From IMG/VR virus record IMGVR_UViG_3300033153_005694, positions 19,028-83,027 of that record: a stretch of DNA of 64,000 nucleotides; one strand, written 5' to 3'. The position numbers were made by a program, and so were the translations under genes. Source of the DNA: a virus. The notes under the pieces were generated by a model. That model saw nothing but the letters and a program-made list of their open reading frames with translations. It was not told where the DNA came from and made no database searches. Below are positions 20,343-29,836 of the stretch, one piece after another. Position 1 is the stretch's first letter. Each line of letters begins with the position of its first letter.

Positions 20343-23300
20343 GTTGTAAATCAGAAAATATAGCAAAGAATGTAGATGAGTATGGAATCGGTGATGTCCA
20401 CGAAGCTGCGAAGTATGTAAATGACAATAGACGCAGAAATGCGTCGATAGCAAGAGCAAGTAAAACGGGGAAGTATGCTGATCCAGAGAAAAGAGTAGAC
20501 TTTAAGATTGATAAAGATAAAGGGCTAGTTGGAAAATGGTTAGGACGAGAAAGCGTAGATGGATACAGCTTTGAAGAAAGTGTGAAGATTGAAAATGTTG
20601 AAAGACTAGATGCTGAGCATGTACGGCTGAATGGCGAGATTACAATAAACCTAGATAAGAATATGACAAATGATGGTATGTATATAACAGAGATATATGG
20701 TAGTGAAGCAGATGTAACAGAAGATGAGGATACGGTAAGTATACGAGACTTCACAGGAACACTTGAAGAAAACCTAGATGAAGTGTTCAACGCAGTGACA
20801 GAAGAAGATGGCGAGATGTTAAGCGATGACCACCATGACCACCTGGTGGGTGTGCTGGAGATGTACCAAGATAAGATGAAAGAAACTGGTAAAGAAGTAA
20901 AACTAGATGGACAACTGCTAGAAGAAATAACACTTACCGGAAAGAATACGAGAGGACACGCAAATCCAGAAGATGGTAAGTTTGCGATAATTAAGGGTAA
21001 TAAGAAGTACGTAACAGCTACAGAAATACTAGCACATGAATTACAGCATGTATTGATAAGTAAGGCGATAGCTAAGAACCCAAAGATTAAAAGAGATATA
21101 CGGCAGTTAAGAGAATTGATGAAGGAAAAACTAGATTACAAGATATTCCTAGACGGTATAGAAAATGTAACACAAGAAGATATCGACTACGCTAAAGAGA
21201 CATATAGGTATGCACTTGATAATACGAGGGCACCAGAAGATGAGTTCCTAGCATTTGCAACAACAAATGAGAAGATGATTAAAGCGCTTAAAGAACAGAA
21301 AGATATAAAAATAAACCTGTTTAAAGAGTTAAGTAAAAAGGAACTAGCAAAAGTAGGTAAGATGCGAAAGTTGCTAGAGCGGATAATCAAAGCGATAAAT
21401 AAAGCATACTCATCGATAAAAGTAGAGGGTAAAGATACACATGAATTGGCTGTAGACTTGATGGCAAAAGCATTAGAAGTGGCTGCAAATGAAGGTAAAC
21501 AACAAGATAAAGGTGTATTTGGCAAGATAAATAACTTACTGGCTAAAGGCGATGCGCAAATAAGAAAGTTTACGGATAGCATAGAGCAAGAAGAGATGAC
21601 ATTGGCTGACCATATTCGAAGAAGAGATAAAAAAGGACTAGATAAAGCCATTGACAGCATGTGGCGAATAAGAGGGTTGAATAAAGCTAGAAGTTTCGTA
21701 TTACAACACAACATATTCAGTAGTTTGACACGGAATAGCAAGAATGAAGATGTAGGGAAGTTCTACGACATGTTTAGACAGAGTAAGAAGTTAGTAGATA
21801 GTACAGTAACGCATTTAAAGAGTGTGACATTCGATACGCTGTTGACTGAGTATAAACTAGATGAAATGGATGTTAGACTACGAAGAGCTACTAAAAGAAT
21901 ACTGATAGATGCAGATACAATGGCAATAGGAACGCTAGATGAGGTTGAGGAGTACTTGAAGGATAACAAGAAACTAGATCAGGATATCATCGCAGAGAGT
22001 GTGGGATTGAAAGATGAGACAGTATTGGCAGCAAAAGAGCTAGGTGCGATGATAGTGGATAATAGCGCGTATACGCACAATGGGTACACAAATGCAAAGC
22101 AAATAGCAAGGTTGCTAGAAGGTAAGGAAGATGAGCAAACAGTACAGAAGATAGATAAATTAGCCAGTATGATGGCACTGTATGTGAGTTCGGATATTGA
22201 TAAGGCACTAACAGTAAAGGCACTAGTTGAGAATAGGACTGGGATTGAGGCTGCTATAAATCTGCATTTGAAGCATGAAGAAAGGTTGCTAGAGAAAGCG
22301 TATGCTGGAATGAAAGAGTACGCTACAAAGGGTGCTAAGCAAGAACATTACAAGGGAAATAAAAAATACTACCTAGTGGATGAAAAAGAGATGAAAGATC
22401 TAGTGAAGGCTGGACTGCAGAATGTAGGAAAGCATAACGAGTTGAGTAGGATACTAGGTGAAGATAGATATATAGTAATCGGTGATAGTATAGATACGAC
22501 ATATACAGAAGGTTTGATGAGTGTTGTACAGCTGAAGAATGAAGGCGAAAGTTTAAGACGGATATTGCTTGAAACTGGAAAGTATACGAATGAAGAAATT
22601 GAAGAAGTGATTGATAGAGAAGCTGGAAGTAAAAGAGTAGGAGTGGGGACATTTCTGGTACCCGAAAGAAGTGGGACCGGTGAGATATACGACTATAGAC
22701 TGCGAATGACACAAGAGCATAAAGAGAAGTATCTAGATCTAGATAATGATCTGGTTCACACAGTAAGCCATACAGTGGCGAACCTGACACATAAAGAAGA
22801 AGCGATGGTGAGTAATAGAACATCGGTTAAGTATTTGAACAGCTTTTACGAGAAACATGGTAAGGATGACGAGTTTACGTTTATCGCAGTAAATAAAGAT
22901 TCGACTGGTAGATTTAAAGAGTATTGGGATTTGATACCCGCGTATTTGAAGAGAGATATTGAAGGAAGTAGTAAAGATAAGACACTGTACATCGAAGAAA
23001 GTATGTTGGTAGACTACTTTGGATATAAAGATGTGAGTATGAAAGATATGCCGTGGGTAAAAGATAGTAGAAAACGGCAAATGCTTGCAGTTAAGTTAGA
23101 AAGAACAGCGCAAGAACTAGTTCAGAGATGGAAAAAAGTTGTGGTAACAATGACTGGAACTACGATAAAAGGAAATATGGGCTCGAATATGTTAGTGACA
23201 ATGCAGCATATAGGAATGGATCCCGTGTTTAAAAGTATGTGGGAAGAATTGAGTCAATATCAAGAAGATGTGAAGAAAAAGACACAATTAGAGGTAAGAA

Positions 23301-24052
23301 GAGATGCTGGTGAAAAGATACCAGAGTATAAGATAAAAAGTTTAGAAGCAAGCATAAAAGCTAGTGCTGTGTATAGCTTGATGGAAGATGGACAATATAC
23401 AGCATTGCTGGAAGATATCGATACAAGCCTGTTCGATGAGAAAGGACCACTAGCTGAAAAGATTGATAAATTGCTTGACAAGATTAAGAAAGAGGATAAG
23501 AGAGCTGGAGTAAAAGAAGTGATGGAAGAGCTGTATTTGACGAATGATTCGAGAGCTCAACAGCAGTTGATAAAATTGACACTATACCCGGATATGTTGA
23601 ATAGAGTGATGATTTACAATGACGCGATGGAGAAGTTAGAGAACAGTAAAAAGGAAGTAATAGAAAAGTTTGGGGGAGATAAGACGAAGTGGGAGAAGCA
23701 TAAAGCAAAAGTAACGAGAGAAACGATGCGATATGTAGATGGGCTATTTGTCAATTACGCATACTTAGATAATAAGTATATAAAGTATGCGAATGATATG
23801 GGATTTGTAGCGTTTACAAAATTCTTCTTCAGAACTATACCTGCGATGCTTAAGATGGCAGCTAAGAAACCATTAACGATGTTCATGACAGAAAGTATGC
23901 AGAAAGTTATAGGAGTGGATCCTGAGACACCTATGGATCAAATGTATAATCCGATAGATACAATGCTAAGGAAGTTGATGATATGGGATGAACCCGTGAA
24001 TATGATGGATACGTTGCTGATGCCAGCAATTACAAGACCGCTAGAAGTTTAG
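20339..24052 (+). CDS. Separate ORF matching the C-terminal part of N4-type vRNAP (zincin-like HExxH)
   Basis: LAHELQH and DEFLAFATTN motifs. GAGGA SD and ATGA overlap with the upstream stop. Combined size is about 3480 aa, similar to N4 vRNAP. Confidence 0.75.
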   Translation: MSCKSENIAKNVDEYGIGDVHEAAKYVNDNRRRNASIARASKTGKYADPEKRVDFKIDKDKGLVGKWLGRESVDGYSFEESVKIENVERLDAEHVRLNGEITINLDKNMTNDGMYITEIYGSEADVTEDEDTVSIRDFTGTLEENLDEVFNAVTEEDGEMLSDDHHDHLVGVLEMYQDKMKETGKEVKLDGQLLEEITLTGKNTRGHANPEDGKFAIIKGNKKYVTATEILAHELQHVLISKAIAKNPKIKRDIRQLRELMKEKLDYKIFLDGIENVTQEDIDYAKETYRYALDNTRAPEDEFLAFATTNEKMIKALKEQKDIKINLFKELSKKELAKVGKMRKLLERIIKAINKAYSSIKVEGKDTHELAVDLMAKALEVAANEGKQQDKGVFGKINNLLAKGDAQIRKFTDSIEQEEMTLADHIRRRDKKGLDKAIDSMWRIRGLNKARSFVLQHNIFSSLTRNSKNEDVGKFYDMFRQSKKLVDSTVTHLKSVTFDTLLTEYKLDEMDVRLRRATKRILIDADTMAIGTLDEVEEYLKDNKKLDQDIIAESVGLKDETVLAAKELGAMIVDNSAYTHNGYTNAKQIARLLEGKEDEQTVQKIDKLASMMALYVSSDIDKALTVKALVENRTGIEAAINLHLKHEERLLEKAYAGMKEYATKGAKQEHYKGNKKYYLVDEKEMKDLVKAGLQNVGKHNELSRILGEDRYIVIGDSIDTTYTEGLMSVVQLKNEGESLRRILLETGKYTNEEIEEVIDREAGSKRVGVGTFLVPERSGTGEIYDYRLRMTQEHKEKYLDLDNDLVHTVSHTVANLTHKEEAMVSNRTSVKYLNSFYEKHGKDDEFTFIAVNKDSTGRFKEYWDLIPAYLKRDIEGSSKDKTLYIEESMLVDYFGYKDVSMKDMPWVKDSRKRQMLAVKLERTAQELVQRWKKVVVTMTGTTIKGNMGSNMLVTMQHIGMDPVFKSMWEELSQYQEDVKKKTQLEVRRDAGEKIPEYKIKSLEASIKASAVYSLMEDGQYTALLEDIDTSLFDEKGPLAEKIDKLLDKIKKEDKRAGVKEVMEELYLTNDSRAQQQLIKLTLYPDMLNRVMIYNDAMEKLENSKKEVIEKFGGDKTKWEKHKAKVTRETMRYVDGLFVNYAYLDNKYIKYANDMGFVAFTKFFFRTIPAMLKMAAKKPLTMFMTESMQKVIGVDPETPMDQMYNPIDTMLRKLMIWDEPVNMMDTLLMPAITRPLEV

Positions 24053-24118
24053 CCGGTCTTCAAAGTGTTCAAAAGCAAGTAAGATGAGAATGAATAGAAA
24101 AAATGCTAACCATTCCAT
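24041..24118 (-). CDS. Very small membrane peptide (MEWLAFFLFILILLAF...)
   Basis: 25 aa hydrophobic ORF read manually; not in the ORF track. Confidence 0.35.
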   Translation of the reverse strand: MEWLAFFLFILILLAFEHFEDRLNF

Positions 24119-24276
24119 GATCTGCCTTTGAATTTGAAAAATTGCTGTATGCCTTTGAAAAGGAATATAACACCAATAGCTAAGAAAACTAGGTAGAAGA
24201 AGTAAGCTCCAATAACTAAGCTAAGCATGATTGCTAGAATGGCTATAGTGTAGAGTAGTGATTTAAGACTTAGCAT
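24106..24276 (-). CDS. Small membrane protein
   Basis: 56 aa hydrophobic ORF read manually (MLSLKSLLYTIAILAIMLSLVIG...). Confidence 0.5.
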   Translation of the reverse strand: MLSLKSLLYTIAILAIMLSLVIGAYFFYLVFLAIGVIFLFKGIQQFFKFKGRSWNG

Positions 24277-24493
24277 GTGAAAACCTTACGGGGTTGATAA
24301 GCAGGTATAAAGAAACTAGAGCTGAACCGATTGTACCAATGATTAGCGTAGCTGTGCTAGCGCTAAAGATTAAAGCTACAAGAACTAAAAGAGAAGCATC
24401 TAAAGCAGCGTCTAATGGGCGGTTGTGCTGAAATTTCCACAATACGACGAGAATATTAAAAGATAGGGCAATACCCATTAGCATGTATATCAC
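24263..24493 (-). CDS. Small multi-TM membrane protein (holin candidate)
   Basis: Two to three hydrophobic segments; AAGGAG SD. Confidence 0.5.
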   Translation of the reverse strand: MIYMLMGIALSFNILVVLWKFQHNRPLDAALDASLLVLVALIFSASTATLIIGTIGSALVSLYLLINPVRFSHAKS

Positions 24494-24495
24494 GA

Positions 24496-24951
24496 TTACT
24501 CCTTTGAAGCTCTTTCATCGAGGATTGCTTGAAGCCTAGGTTCTGGGTTAGGGAAGTTAGCAGGCTTGATAAGCTTGCCATATGAGTCCTTGGGACAACC
24601 TAGTTTAACTTGATTTGCATCCATAACGACGTTAAGGGCAGCAGTGATTTGCTGTGGTGTAAGATCTAGTTTAGTCATAGAACCAATAGCGAAAACTACT
24701 GCATCGCAAGCTTTGTCGAGTCTATCAACATCAGACAGTACTGTCTTTTGTCCATAACACTCATTGATTATTCCTCTACTAATTTCTCTAGCAGATGGAG
24801 CACATCTAAGATTTGAAGCTATATCTTCAAGAAAAAACCCTTCAAGAGCTTCCTCGATTTGAAATGAGGACTCAAGAAAGTCATCGTAACCTGCAGAAAC
24901 TAGGTCTGCTGCATGGTTGAATTGATGGATACGCTTGATCGGGTTAAGCAT
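24496..24951 (-). CDS. MazG-like / all-alpha NTP pyrophosphohydrolase
   Basis: EEALE...D.ACDAVVFAIG...V.DAN..K...D..GKLIKP..F.NPE pattern. Confidence 0.75.
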   Translation of the reverse strand: MLNPIKRIHQFNHAADLVSAGYDDFLESSFQIEEALEGFFLEDIASNLRCAPSAREISRGIINECYGQKTVLSDVDRLDKACDAVVFAIGSMTKLDLTPQQITAALNVVMDANQVKLGCPKDSYGKLIKPANFPNPEPRLQAILDERASKE

Positions 24952-25204
24952 TGTATTTGCCTAAAATGCTGTCTAAAAGAATAATTGCTTTAGCCTCATC
25001 TAGTGAAGGTATAGATCTGTGTCTAAGGTGTAGTTCTAGTCTACTAGTGATGACTTGTTCGATAAGAGATAAAGTAGATTCTGGTTGTATAGGCTCGTCT
25101 GGTAAGCATACTTCAGTAGGTGTTTCGTCGATATCAAGAGTATTAAGATCTAGTTTCTCAAGCTCTTCAAGAATATCGAAAATTGTGGTTTGTCGTTGTA
25201 TCAT
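24944..25204 (-). CDS. Hypothetical protein
   Basis: Likely start MIQRQTTIFD at 25204 after an AAGG SD, rather than at 25336. Confidence 0.5.
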   Translation of the reverse strand: MIQRQTTIFDILEELEKLDLNTLDIDETPTEVCLPDEPIQPESTLSLIEQVITSRLELHLRHRSIPSLDEAKAIILLDSILGKYNA

Positions 25205-25298
25205 AGGTTGCCTTTGTAGGTTGCGGATTTGGTACGTGTTCAACTGCTTACCGAAGGCAGTGGTGGGGGCGATACTCCACATAACGCGACAAGTACGG

Positions 25299-25652
25299 TT
25301 AAGATAAATGTTCTTCGAAAAGGTATTGGTGATCACTAGGCAATGAGTCGAATATAGCTTGCGCTAAATCGCGAATTTCCCAAAGTGCTGCTTTCGAAGA
25401 ACGGAGGGCTAAGAAGTTTTGGAGTGAACGTGCGTTGATAGTCCACATTAGCTCGGTTTTGTAGGCCTCACATAGGTTATATTTACTAATATCACCAGCT
25501 GTTCCTGATTTTACGTTTTGTCTCATTAGTTCAAGAGAAATAATAGATTGATAATCTGTTAAATCATGGCCTGTAAGTACTAAGTATTTACTCGCTCGTT
25601 CAACAGTTTTTGCTGATATAGGTCCGAACTGTCCCTGTAATTCACGTATTAT
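25299..25652 (-). CDS. thyX: Flavin-dependent thymidylate synthase ThyX, C-terminal half
   Basis: The open frame extends upstream of the annotated ATG: IIRELQGQF...ERASKYLVLTG...EAYKTELMWTINARSLQNFLALRSSKAALWEIRDLA. Confidence 0.85.
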   Translation of the reverse strand: MIRELQGQFGPISAKTVERASKYLVLTGHDLTDYQSIISLELMRQNVKSGTAGDISKYNLCEAYKTELMWTINARSLQNFLALRSSKAALWEIRDLAQAIFDSLPSDHQYLFEEHLS

Positions 25653-26230
25653 AATATTTCCTTATATCGTTTCTTTGCATTGTAATAAGCTGTTCGTGAA
25701 TATCCAAATGAGGTATACGCTTCAGCAACTTTAGCTCCTGTAGCTATTAAGGCTACTACGTCTTTATATTGTTTTGCCGATATTGCTATTTTGTCTTTAC
25801 CAGCATTTTCTTGGTTAGTAATAAAAACACAGTTATCTGGTGTGTAGTTTAGGTTAGCTTTTGAACGATCAATAGTTAGGTTGTCAGTATAACCACTAGA
25901 TAGTGCCCAAGTTTTAAAGACTAGATAATCATCCCATTCGTCACAGATAGTGATACCTCTGCCGCCATATAACGGATACTTAGGGTCATTAGGATTATTA
26001 CATCTAGCTCTCATATTAGTCCAAGTTCGGTATAATCTAGTATATCTATCACCATGTATTGTTACTTTCGCTGTTTGGGATTCTCTAGCACATGATGGGC
26101 ATTGCTCTTGAACTTTTCCTTGGTGTTTCATCCGTTCAATAAGCTTACTGCATGTAGGGCATTTAAACTCTGCCCACATATAGCCTCTTTTACCACTATT
26201 TCTAACTTCCAACTCTCGTATTAATTCCAT
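25649..26230 (-). mobile_element. HNH-family homing endonuclease inserted within thyX
   Basis: CxxC zinc sites and RLYRTW.NM..RC...YGGRGI.ICDEW...TIDR....NY.PDNC motif; own promoter at 26258-26280 and AAGGAG SD. Confidence 0.85.
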
Positions 26231-26275
26231 AATACTCCTTTATATTTGTATACTGTTATTTTAACATAATACAGC

Positions 26276-26602
26276 TTAAAAAGAGATAAAAGGTTCTTCA
26301 TTTTTAAGTTCTTTAGAAGTAGTATATCTAGTAGACTTTACAGAGGGACTTGCCATACGGTGGCGAGCTAGTTCTTGAAGTAAAGCTCGAGATACACCTT
26401 TGATCTCAAAATTGTAGGATAAGTGTTCGAGAGTTGAAGAGTGCTTGAATTTGTTGCCGACTCTGTGGATAAGATCTCGGTCGTTAGGGCCGATATTATC
26501 GTCAGTATTGCAAGTGTCGGATTTGCCTTCAGAGGCCCAACACTTGCGGATGGCTTTAGCTGCGATTGGGAGAGGTGTGTGATGGTGTAAAGTAACTTCC
26601 AT
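26276..26602 (-). CDS. thyX: ThyX, N-terminal half
   Basis: HSSTLEH and ELARHRMASPSVKSTRY (RHRx7S motif). Confidence 0.9.
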   Translation of the reverse strand: MEVTLHHHTPLPIAAKAIRKCWASEGKSDTCNTDDNIGPNDRDLIHRVGNKFKHSSTLEHLSYNFEIKGVSRALLQELARHRMASPSVKSTRYTTSKELKNEEPFISF

Positions 26603-26730
26603 CAGCCTCTCCTCAAAATGTCTTCGAGTTTGATGATGATTCTCTCGAGGAACTTGTAGTCTTCAGCTGTTTGGCAGTATTGAAGTTCAAGTCTGAGGGT
26701 TTCAAGATAGTGTTTTAAGCATGCTTTCAT
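26602..26730 (-). CDS. Small hypothetical protein (42 aa)
   Basis: ATGA-coupled to phoH and TGATG-coupled to thyX; read manually. Confidence 0.5.
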   Translation of the reverse strand: MKACLKHYLETLRLELQYCQTAEDYKFLERIIIKLEDILRRG

Positions 26731-28106
26731 AGCGGTTCCTTGCTGTAGATTTTTTCGGCCCATTCAGCGATAGGTGAACGTACGATTTTGGTTAACGGTA
26801 CAACGTGTAGACGAATGATGTCTTGCGGTTTAGTGGCCTGATTTAAGAGGACAGATAAGCCGTTGTTATATTTGGTAATGTATGCGTTATCGATTTGTCG
26901 ATTAGAACCGATGATGATGATCTTGCAGTTCTTGCCGAATCTAGTTAGCATCTTCTGGAGTGATGCTTGAGATTGGTTTTGGACTTCGTCGATGATTGCA
27001 ATAGTATTGTTGAATGTTCTGCCACGCATACCAAGACCTGTCATGGCTTGAATATTGTAGTATTCCTGTAATTCCTCGACTTTGGCTGAGACGAATTGCT
27101 CGAACTCTTGGCCTTTGAGCTTTGACTTCTTATGACGTTCACGTATGATGAAGTCCAAAGTGTCGTAGAGAGGATGCAGGTAAACTAGGTTTTTGTCGTC
27201 GGCAGAACCTGGTAAGAATCCAATCTGTTCGATATCTTCGACATCGTCGATAGATGCTCGAATGTATGTGATGGACTCGTACGAGTTGTTTTGTCGAACA
27301 AGTTTCATAGCGTTGGAAATTGCAGTTGCCGTTTTGCCGGTACCTGCAGGAGCTTCAGCTAAAACTAGAGTAGTAGTTAAGTCTTGAATTGCTGCCGATA
27401 AGAACATCTGGCCCGAGTTAATGGGGTTGAGGTCTTGTGCGCGTAAATCTGACTCTTGCTTTTTACCGATAACGTCGATGAGGAAATTGGGCTTGATGGT
27501 AGCAAGCTTCTCATAACCTAGTGATTCACAAGTGAATCGGTAGTTGAAGTTTTCAGGCTTGTGGTCTGGATTGACTGAGTATATGTTAGAATTTGACAGT
27601 AGTCCGAATTGTTCGGGTGTTACTTCGATAGAACGTATAAAGTCAGGATCAGTATCGTCGACAAGTTTGATGTCGGATACTTGTAGGCCAAGAGATTGCG
27701 CTCTAATACCACACATAACGTCGTTGGTGTAGAAAACTGTGTCGTGAAGCTTTGCATAGATTTTCGCTATATGGATAATCTTACGATCGTTGATGATGCT
27801 GTGATGGGCGCTAGAGTAGTCTGGATATTCAGAACATGCTACGATATGTATGGTAATGTTGTCTACTACTCTGCGAGTAACAGTGTAGTCACCTGTAGTA
27901 GAGGAACCTAGATGAGTTGCTCTAGTTAATAAGCGACCAAATGCACGAGCTTGATAGCCAAGAGATCCTGATTCGGATTTCTTGCCGTCTAGTTCATCGA
28001 GGACTGTCTCCGGAAGTACTATAGTGGTATCCGAAGATTTGCCGAGAGTTAAAAGGTTGGTATGATCTAGGAGTAGGATGTTGGTGTCTAAGATTTTATA
28101 GATCAT
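26727..28106 (-). CDS. phoH: PIN-PhoH (PhoH2-like) ATPase
   Basis: N-terminal PIN LDTNILL; Walker A APAGTGKT; IGFLPGS, MRGRTF, IIDEVQN. Confidence 0.9.
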   Translation of the reverse strand: MIYKILDTNILLLDHTNLLTLGKSSDTTIVLPETVLDELDGKKSESGSLGYQARAFGRLLTRATHLGSSTTGDYTVTRRVVDNITIHIVACSEYPDYSSAHHSIINDRKIIHIAKIYAKLHDTVFYTNDVMCGIRAQSLGLQVSDIKLVDDTDPDFIRSIEVTPEQFGLLSNSNIYSVNPDHKPENFNYRFTCESLGYEKLATIKPNFLIDVIGKKQESDLRAQDLNPINSGQMFLSAAIQDLTTTLVLAEAPAGTGKTATAISNAMKLVRQNNSYESITYIRASIDDVEDIEQIGFLPGSADDKNLVYLHPLYDTLDFIIRERHKKSKLKGQEFEQFVSAKVEELQEYYNIQAMTGLGMRGRTFNNTIAIIDEVQNQSQASLQKMLTRFGKNCKIIIIGSNRQIDNAYITKYNNGLSVLLNQATKPQDIIRLHVVPLTKIVRSPIAEWAEKIYSKEPL

Positions 28107-28717
28107 TACGAATTCCTCTTAAGTTTATCCTTCTTCGGTGCTTTAGTAGAAGTTGCCTTCTGGTGGTAAGTACCCTTGAATCTAGATAAGACTTCGTCTT
28201 TACCCATCCACATGTCTTTACCGTCGATTACCTCCTGCATTTCATCGCCTGATAAGAAACCTAGATAGATGTCTCTGAATGCTTCAGAAAGAGATGCATC
28301 TACGAATTCTTGACGAGCTTTCATCTCGTGGCCTTTACCCATCATACCACCACTGTAGTTGTGGATCATGAAAGATGTGTGGTTAGCTACGACTAAGTCG
28401 TCACAGGCTAAAGCAATAACAGTTCCAGCTGATGCAACTGTACCAGATAGGTGAGCTACTGTATTGGCTTGAGATGATTTGATAGCACTGATTATCATAA
28501 AGGCTGAATCGATAATACCACCTGGTGTGTTTAAATGGATATGAAATGTTTCGGCTTTAGATGCGTTCTTTAGTAGGTAGCAAAGCTCGTTGTACATTGA
28601 TGGCTCTTCGATGCCGTCTGTTAGGTAGACTTCGGTGATGTTCTTGTTGACTAAGATTGGAACGTCTAGATCCCAAATTCTAGTTACTTCTTTCGGTAAT
28701 GCGAAATCGATATTCAT
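28106..28717 (-). CDS. ClpP-like (S14) serine protease
   Basis: LNTPGG, ASAG (catalytic Ser) and FMIH (His) motifs. Confidence 0.85.
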   Translation of the reverse strand: MNIDFALPKEVTRIWDLDVPILVNKNITEVYLTDGIEEPSMYNELCYLLKNASKAETFHIHLNTPGGIIDSAFMIISAIKSSQANTVAHLSGTVASAGTVIALACDDLVVANHTSFMIHNYSGGMMGKGHEMKARQEFVDASLSEAFRDIYLGFLSGDEMQEVIDGKDMWMGKDEVLSRFKGTYHQKATSTKAPKKDKLKRNS

Positions 28718-28826
28718 ATATTATCCTTGTATTTGGTGGTTATATAAAACCAGAATGATTGTAAGAGGAAATTTCCCCATACACCTGTAGCGATAAGAAT
28801 TTCGAAGTATGAAACACTAAGTTCCA

Positions 28827-29408
28827 TTATGTATTTTTACCATTAAGTATATCTACAACTAGTTGGGAGTAGCCAGCGATATCTCGCCATGAATCATCGT
28901 AGTATGGATCACCATTAGCAATACGAGCTAGCTTATGACAAATCATTGTAAGAGCTTCTTGCATATATGGCTCCATATCATCATAATCAGAGTTACTTTT
29001 AATAACCGATAGCAGCGTTTGAGATATACGCGCGTGATCTGAAAATGCTCCGTAGCGACTACCTCGTTCAGTTAAAGTGTCTGCAATAGATACGTTAGTA
29101 GATTCACCGGCATCATTAGTTAGTTCTGGCATATCTGGATGGCCTATTGGAGAAAAGTTGTGATTACTAGGATTATCTACGCCGTAGCCGCACTCAAGAC
29201 AATTGCCCGCAGAATCTACAGAATGGTCTTTATCACCATCATTACATATAGGACAAATTTCAACTGAATAATCAGACTTGCTAATATTAGATTCAGCTAA
29301 AGCTTGTTCGACTGTAGGTTTAGGTCGTTCCATATCTGCAGCATAGCCAACAGTTACAAATGAGTTACTACGATTTATTTCGTTTAGAATTGCTTCTGGA
29401 CTGCTCAT
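28827..29408 (-). CDS. Hypothetical protein with C-terminal DUF6378-like domain
   Basis: TLTERGSRYGAF...EALTMICHKLARI.NGD...DSWRDIAGY. Confidence 0.65.
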   Translation of the reverse strand: MSSPEAILNEINRSNSFVTVGYAADMERPKPTVEQALAESNISKSDYSVEICPICNDGDKDHSVDSAGNCLECGYGVDNPSNHNFSPIGHPDMPELTNDAGESTNVSIADTLTERGSRYGAFSDHARISQTLLSVIKSNSDYDDMEPYMQEALTMICHKLARIANGDPYYDDSWRDIAGYSQLVVDILNGKNT

Positions 29409-29836
29409 TTAGATTCCTTTGTAAACGTAATTATACGTTGGTTGGTAGTAGGAGTACCTATACCACCTAATTCTGCTATATACCTGCCTACTTTAATATA
29501 GTGTAGGGGTGGTAGTAGAGATGGAGGGACTTCTTCATAGTCTAAGCCCGTATATAAGGCTAGTTTGAGGTTGTTAGATTGTACTACTTCGAATAGTTCA
29601 AGTAACTCACCTGGATTCCACTCTCCTCCGTAGAAGAGTACACAAGATATGTGTTTGTTCTTCGATATGAGAGCTTGTAAGATCTCTGGAGTGAGCTGGG
29701 AACCAAAGGTTGGATTAAATGTTTCAGATGAGTGACAGCCTTTACAACCTAATTGGCAGCCACTGATTGAGAGAGCTAGTGCAATCTCATCAGGGACTTC
29801 TTGAAGAACTATTTGTGGATAACTATAGTAAAGCAT
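29405..29836 (-). CDS. nrdG: Anaerobic ribonucleotide reductase activase
   Basis: CxxxCxxC (GCQLGCKGCHS), GGEW, YIKVGRY, TTNQR. Confidence 0.9.
   Translation of the reverse strand: MLYYSYPQIVLQEVPDEIALALSISGCQLGCKGCHSSETFNPTFGSQLTPEILQALISKNKHISCVLFYGGEWNPGELLELFEVVQSNNLKLALYTGLDYEEVPPSLLPPLHYIKVGRYIAELGGIGTPTTNQRIITFTKESK

Noticed and set aside
587-23708. Many minus-strand ORFs opposite the structural and vRNAP genes, and plus-strand ORFs opposite the minus-strand genes
   Set aside because: They are Ser/Leu/Phe-rich shadows of strongly biased coding strands, with no SD or recognisable motifs.
25649-26280. Group I intron, intein or gene-60-style ribosomal bypass explaining the thyX split
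   Set aside because: No sequence is left for a ribozyme core, the HNH has its own stop and start, and a hop of about 630 nt is far beyond known bypassing.
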